Assembly (NCBI RefSeq): GCF_009914755.1
Contig: NC_060925.1
Source: the human T2T-CHM13v2.0 reference genome, Homo sapiens
Strand: one strand, 5' to 3'
Length of the DNA stretch: 64,000 nt
Of the stretch, positions 62,894-64,000 are shown one piece after another (the first letter of the stretch is position 1; each line of letters opens with the position of its first letter). The notes beneath the pieces were generated by a model. The model searched no databases. It was not told where the DNA came from and saw nothing but the letters and a program-made list of their open reading frames with translations. A program made the translations under genes and the position numbers.

Positions 62894-63005
62894 CTGTCAT
62901 ATAAATTAGAATATTGCTTCTGTCATCAGAAAGAAGACGTTTTGACCGAGGAGTACTAGGTGGGATCCTCCCAGTTAATACCCGTAAAAAATTCTCCACA
63001 GTTAC
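62894..63005 (-). CDS. PIGK: PIGK coding exon 5 (VTVENFLRVLTGRIPPSTPRSKRLLSDDRSNILIYMT-G), 112 nt
   Basis: Acceptor ttttttccccc-ttag|GTAACT and donor ACAG|gtaatt. The translation matches the C13 (legumain-like) peptidase domain. Confidence 0.96.
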
Positions 63006-63234
63006 CTAAGGGGGAAAAAACAAGAAAAATCAGATGAAATAAAACCTGGGAAATCTTGACAAATTACTTTTTACTTTCAAAAATGTTCATTGTTCTTTCT
63101 CCATATATTACTCAGCACCAACTGAAAATAAAACACCCAAAAATTATATAACTCAATTAAAATATATTCATTTAAACATATACCTCCAAGTAACTTTGTT
63201 ACTATTTTTAAAAGTACTAAAAACTAACAAAGAA

Positions 63235-63530
63235 GGCAGGCCATGGTGGCTCATGCCTATCAACTCAGCACTTTGTGAGGCAAGGCAAGAGGACTGCTTG
63301 TGGGCAGGAGTTCAAGATCAGCCTAAGCAACATAGTGAGACCCCATTTCTATGCACACACACAAAAAATGTTTAAAATAGCCAGGTATGGTAACATGCTC
63401 CTGTAGTTCTAGCTACTCAGAAGGCTGAGGCAGAAGGCTCATTTGAGCCCAGGAGTTCACCACTGCACTCCAGCCTGGGCAAGAGAGCAAGACTATGTCT
63501 CTTAGAAAAAAACAAAAAACAAAAACAAGC
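63235..63530 (+). mobile_element. AluJ with a right-arm deletion
   Basis: Diverged dimer with a ggagttc|accactgcac junction. Confidence 0.85.
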
Positions 63531-63636
63531 AAAGTAAAACTACCTTGGAGAAAAATAAGTTCTGAATTTAAAACTTTAAATGCTATGTGAAGTGCTGCCT
63601 TTAAAAACTACTAAAAAGCTGCAAAATTATTTATCT

Positions 63637-63936
63637 GGCTGGGCATGATGGCTCACACCTGTAATTCCAACTTCTCAGGAGGCTGAGGCAGGAGGATCAC
63701 CTGAGGCCAAGTGTTCAAAAACAGCCTGGACAACCTAGTAAGACCCCCATCTCTGGAAAAATAAAATAAATTAGCCAGGCAAGGTGGTGCACACCTGTAG
63801 TCCCTGCTACTCAGGAGGCTGAGGCAGGAGGATCACTTGAGCCCAGGAGTTCAAGGCTGCAGTGAGCTATGACATGGCCACTATACTCCTACCTGGGTGA
63901 CAGAGCAAGACTCCAGCTCTAGCAAAATAAAAAATA
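63637..63936 (+). mobile_element. AluJ
   Basis: Full dimer with gagttcaaggctgcagtgagctatga and TSD AAAATTATT(T/A)ATC. Confidence 0.9.
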
Positions 63937-64000
63937 AAAATTATTAATCCCTCTGCATAGGCAATTCTGTGGGAAGATACAAAATATAAGAATTTTTAAA

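Overview
This is human genomic DNA: it is AT-rich and repeat-dense, and it carries an AluYa5, a human-lineage subfamily. The window lies wholly inside PIGK (GPI8, the catalytic subunit of the GPI transamidase) on the minus strand. Six coding exons splice in frame through GT-AG junctions. They are exons 5-10 by my recollection of the 11-exon gene and encode aa 126-357, including the His164/Cys206 dyad. The last (transmembrane) exon and the first four exons lie outside the window. The introns contain a twin-primed (5'-inverted) L1PA4-like element, an older L1MA4-like element, a full-length RPL17 retrocopy with an intact ORF, a complete THE1 MaLR provirus, several solo LTRs, about 14 Alu/FLAM elements, MER DNA transposons and MIR/L2 relics. 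I see no evidence of a wholly new biological system. The best leads are (1) a read-through and intronic-polyadenylation layout after exon 9 that would give a TM-less 332-aa PIGK, (2) AG|GT recursive-splice-like sites at the starts of exons 9 and 5, (3) a 101-bp locally templated insertion bracketed by a 37-bp duplication, (4) the intact antisense RPL17 retrocopy and (5) a variant AluYa5 with an 8-bp duplication. Repeat subfamily names come from my memory of consensus sequences and need RepeatMasker/Dfam confirmation.
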